Part shown: in pieces, positions 60,780-64,000 of the stretch
Layout: the number at the start of each line of letters is the position of its first letter
Position numbering within the stretch: position 1 is the first letter of the stretch
Assembly (NCBI GenBank): GCA_017654855.1
Contig: CM030337.1
Span: 2,356,001 to 2,420,000 of the forward strand
Direction of reading: 5' to 3'
Length of the DNA: 64,000 nt
Origin: Podospora anserina
Taxonomy: Eukaryota
Notes under the pieces: generated by a model
The model's database searches: none
The model's input: the letters and a program-made list of their open reading frames with translations, nothing else
Told to the model about the DNA's origin: nothing
Translations under genes and position numbers: made by a program

Positions 60780-62336
60780 TGTGATGCTTTGATGAATCTC
60801 GCGTGTCGCTTGGGCGTGTTTTGCTGTCGTTTGGATAGCGACCGTGGTCTGGCTGGAAAAAGAAAGTGTGCGGTTGGACAAGGGGAGAAATGACATTGTG
60901 GACTACTGCCAAATCGTATATGGGGTGCAAAAAGGTGTCAATTCTGTTGTTTTTACGAGGGTGTGTTGCCCGGTTGGCTGGAAAAGGCCGAACCCAGCGG
61001 CTCAGGTCCTACTGCCAAGATATTAATTCCTTAACAGTGGGCCTCATTGACTATTCTGACAAACTCCCAGTGAATTTCTTGTGGGGCATTGCACGTGAAT
61101 GCTACCACGATCAGCGACTTGGCATAACTTTATTTCAACGTCTCTCCAACATACATACAAGTACATATCGGACAACTCTCTGATCCATTACCGGCACCAT
61201 TTCGACCTCTTTGGACACACCATCAGGAAACATGATGGTTAACGGGGGCCATTGGTGAACCACAGCGGAAACCTATCAACATTATATTTATCCATGATCC
61301 TTGGAGTCGACGAAATCTTTGGACCCCAATGGGTATGTTAAAGGCATGTGTTCAATGTGATTTCTGATTTGCAGCCGGTGCTAGTTGGGATGGAGGCTTT
61401 CTTTTCAATTGCCCTCATTCTTTTTTCACTTTCTTTTGAGTTCGGATGGGTTGATTTGCAATGACATGTTTTACCTGGTAATGGGATACCTTATCTTGGA
61501 GAAACACCACGAATTGCATCAGTTTCTACAAGAGATTTACTGTAGAGTTTGCTTCTTTGGTAGATATTCTCTTTAGGCAACGGCATTCCTGTGATCCGGT
61601 CACACCGCCCATAAGGTGCTCGACTTTGCCTTTTCCTACATTGGGTATGAGAGGATTATCCTTCTTTGGTGACCAAAGAAGGATGTCTGAAGCTGAAAAG
61701 GCTTAGCCAATCTCAACGAGTAGCACCAGAGGTATGTCCCGTTAGCTGGAGCTCAGAAGCATCAAACGACACTCAGACAAGAGATTGTGGGGTCTGGTTT
61801 CTTGGGTGAGGTCTTCATATCAAAAGAACAACCCCGAAGTCGTTCTGGCTGGCAGACACAGAGACTTCGAACAGCCGTCAGGCTGAAGGTTCCATCATTG
61901 GAAGGTTCAAATTGGTAGTCATCTTTCCCCCCTACACTACCAATATCATCACTCATTGCTCTATCCAGGGCTTCCGTCATGACGCTTCTCGGAGCTGCTC
62001 TTTGAAAGGTGGGTCCGTGTGACTCTCAGCAGTCCAGCTGAAGGAGTAACATGACCATCCTCACCGCCCCAACCACACCAAGAGCAACCTGGGATAGCAA
62101 CATGTCCAATGACCTGAAGGTGGTCAATTCGAGCAAATGTGAAGTTGCAAGCGCGCACAGACCATCTACGTGGGGGGATATATACTCGACTTTCTGCCCA
62201 CCAAATTCCCAACTCTTCCCTCTTCTCTTTTTTCAGCTCTCGTCACAATACCTATTTTCTCGTTTTGCCGCCCTTTTTTCTGTTCCATTTTTTCTTCTTT
62301 TTCAGAAAAGAATCCCGCGCCGCCTGCTCGCCCGCA

Positions 62337-62960
62337 ATGGCCCAGCCCAACTGGCACAAGCGTTCTTCCGAACGCCCAGACTTGGTAAGTCGCTTCCGCA
62401 TCCTTTCCCCTCTGTCATGCGAGCCATTCCTCCTGCAAGAACCTCTCGGTTCCGGGGAAGTTTTCCGTTGCCTATCACACCTGATAAGCTGCTTTGTCTC
62501 ACTGGGATCACATTGTTGAACTGTTGGCTTCGTCCGACCAGAACGATGCTGATCTCGTTCAAAGTTGGAAGGTGATGGCCACCCAGGAGCCGCACTTGTG
62601 TTGGATTCGGGTGTCTGGTTCCAAGAGACCTCAGTCGCCTCACACAACGCCCCTGATGATAGGGCAGTGGTTCCACGGTCTCGCCGCCTAGATATCCTAG
62701 TTGCCCGTGTCCGGAAGGCCAAGAAGAGATTCAGATTTGGAGGGTGCGCTGTCAGGTGCAGAGTAATGATAATGGACTCAGTTGCATGGCAGCTTGGAAA
62801 CCGACTTACTCATCCTTTATGCCGATTCGTGATTGATGACTGGGTGAGCAGAACCTCTTCGAGCATTTCCAATTTCGCCCGCCGACGTCCGCGTACAAAT
62901 GTCATCAGCACGTAGGTTTGTCTCCAATGTATCCTCCATCTAATAGACACCAAAGCTCCA
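62337..62960 (+). other. Third short-exon / long structured intron locus (C); downstream coding part appears degenerate
   Basis: TATA-like atatatactc at about 62179; ATG exon 62337-62384; GTAAGT at 62385; complementary cgacttact at 62802-62810; CTAAT branch at about 62940. Confidence 0.5.
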
Positions 62961-63591
62961 GAACCGAGTACAGGATACGAAGAAGTAGCTGCGCCGGATA
63001 TATCAGCACTCATCTTGAATCTGTTTTTGTGTCTTTCGGCTACTTCATCAAATCTCAAACCTCACAGTTACCACTTGCTGGACATATGCTGGGATAAATA
63101 TCTATACGTCTGCAGGCGTTTCTTGAGTATTGGCTCCATCGTTTATACATGCCACACCATAAAGCTGGGATGCTGTACACGCGCCACGCTAAAACGGCCA
63201 AGATTAACATTGATGCTTCTGCAAAACGTTGATACAAATTAGTGAGCTTCAGTTCATCTTGATCAGAGTGTCAAGAGTGTCACCTGATAGCTTTTCATTG
63301 CGTAGCAATGTCTCAGCTGAAAACACTTAGTTTCTGTTCAAACAAAGGGTTACATCCAACGCAGACTTCCCATCAATGCGTTCAAGCTGGGATCTACCTC
63401 CTATATCTTAAAATCTCCTTCACCAGTCCACCTCACCTGCCAATACTTTTTCAATTCCCCACGCAAAATCGACCACGCAAAAATAACTATTCAATTGACT
63501 CCCTAAATATCATACATCTACCACCAAACCCACAACAACAAATCCCACATCAATCTCCTATCTTCCCTCCCCCCGACCCACAACAACCAAT

Positions 63592-64000
63592 CTAATTCGA
63601 CCTCTTCTTCGTCCCCCCAAGAACATCCTGCACGGTACCCCCAATAGCCCCCTTATCAGTAAACTGCTTCCCAATCATCCCCTCGCTATGCAGCGGTCCA
63701 CCAATGTTTTGACCAATGCTCCCGATAACGCCGTCCTCTGCTCAATTCATCACCAGTCAGTTCTCCCCTTTCTATCTATCTTGCAGTGAAGCACTGACCG
63801 GTAAACTGCTTCCCAATTGCGCCCTCGGAATCAAAAACCTTGGGCTTGTCCTCACCCAACCCTGCTGTTGCGCCTGTGGTGACGGAGCCGACCTTTCCGC
63901 CGGTGGCTTTGGCGCCTGTGTGGGAGTTTTGGGGGACTTTGCCTGAGGAGCCGAGACCGGAGGGGTTCATTTTTGGTGGTGGTTTGATTGCGGGGTTCAA
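63592..64000 (-). CDS. Conserved small fungal protein with repeated G(A/M)IGKQFT motifs, 5' end outside the window
   Basis: FDSEGAIGKQFT, then an intron, then DGVIGSIGQNIGGPLHSEGMIGKQFTDKGAIGGTVQDVLGG..*. Confidence 0.7.

Noticed and set aside
58563-60896. Helitron
   Set aside because: No HUH/Rep domain upstream of the helicase and no clear TC...hairpin-CTRR ends.
62653-62659. CUGAUGA as a hammerhead ribozyme core or snoRNA box C
   Set aside because: It sits in a simple GCCC/GGGC hairpin loop, with no correctly placed GAAA/stem arrangement or terminal box D.
1-64000. tRNA, rRNA or CRISPR arrays
   Set aside because: None recognised by eye. The sequence is eukaryotic, and the short tandem repeats seen lack unique spacers.

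Overview
Filamentous-ascomycete genomic DNA. It has spliceosomal introns with GTRAGT/CTRAC/YAG signals and RIP-mutated transposons. Gene and codon style suggest Sordariales, plausibly Podospora (inference). Conserved genes: an MFS transporter / Zn2Cys6-like regulator / AsaB-CmcJ-like enzyme trio (1-6 kb), a GH47 alpha-mannosidase, a membrane protein, VPS36, a SAC3/GANP (THP3-like) protein, BEM1, a CENP-B-type HTH protein and an intronless PIF1-like helicase. A transposon nest at about 21.7-34.4 kb holds a full-length RIP-destroyed Ty1/copia element (187-bp LTRs, CCTTT TSD), a Mutator transposase relic, two tandem Fot1/pogo elements and a solo-LTR-like stretch. A Harbinger-type MITE and a hAT-like MITE lie at 8-10 kb. 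The most notable observation concerns two small coiled-coil genes 41 kb apart (11824-12930 and 53069-54304, both minus strand). Their long first introns are far better conserved than their exons. Each intron has hairpins with compensatory changes and a distal segment complementary to its own 5' splice site. A third locus (62337-62960, plus strand) repeats this architecture with diverged sequence. This is a candidate splicing-regulatory structured RNA family. All alignments and pairings were done by eye; no searches or folding programs were run.
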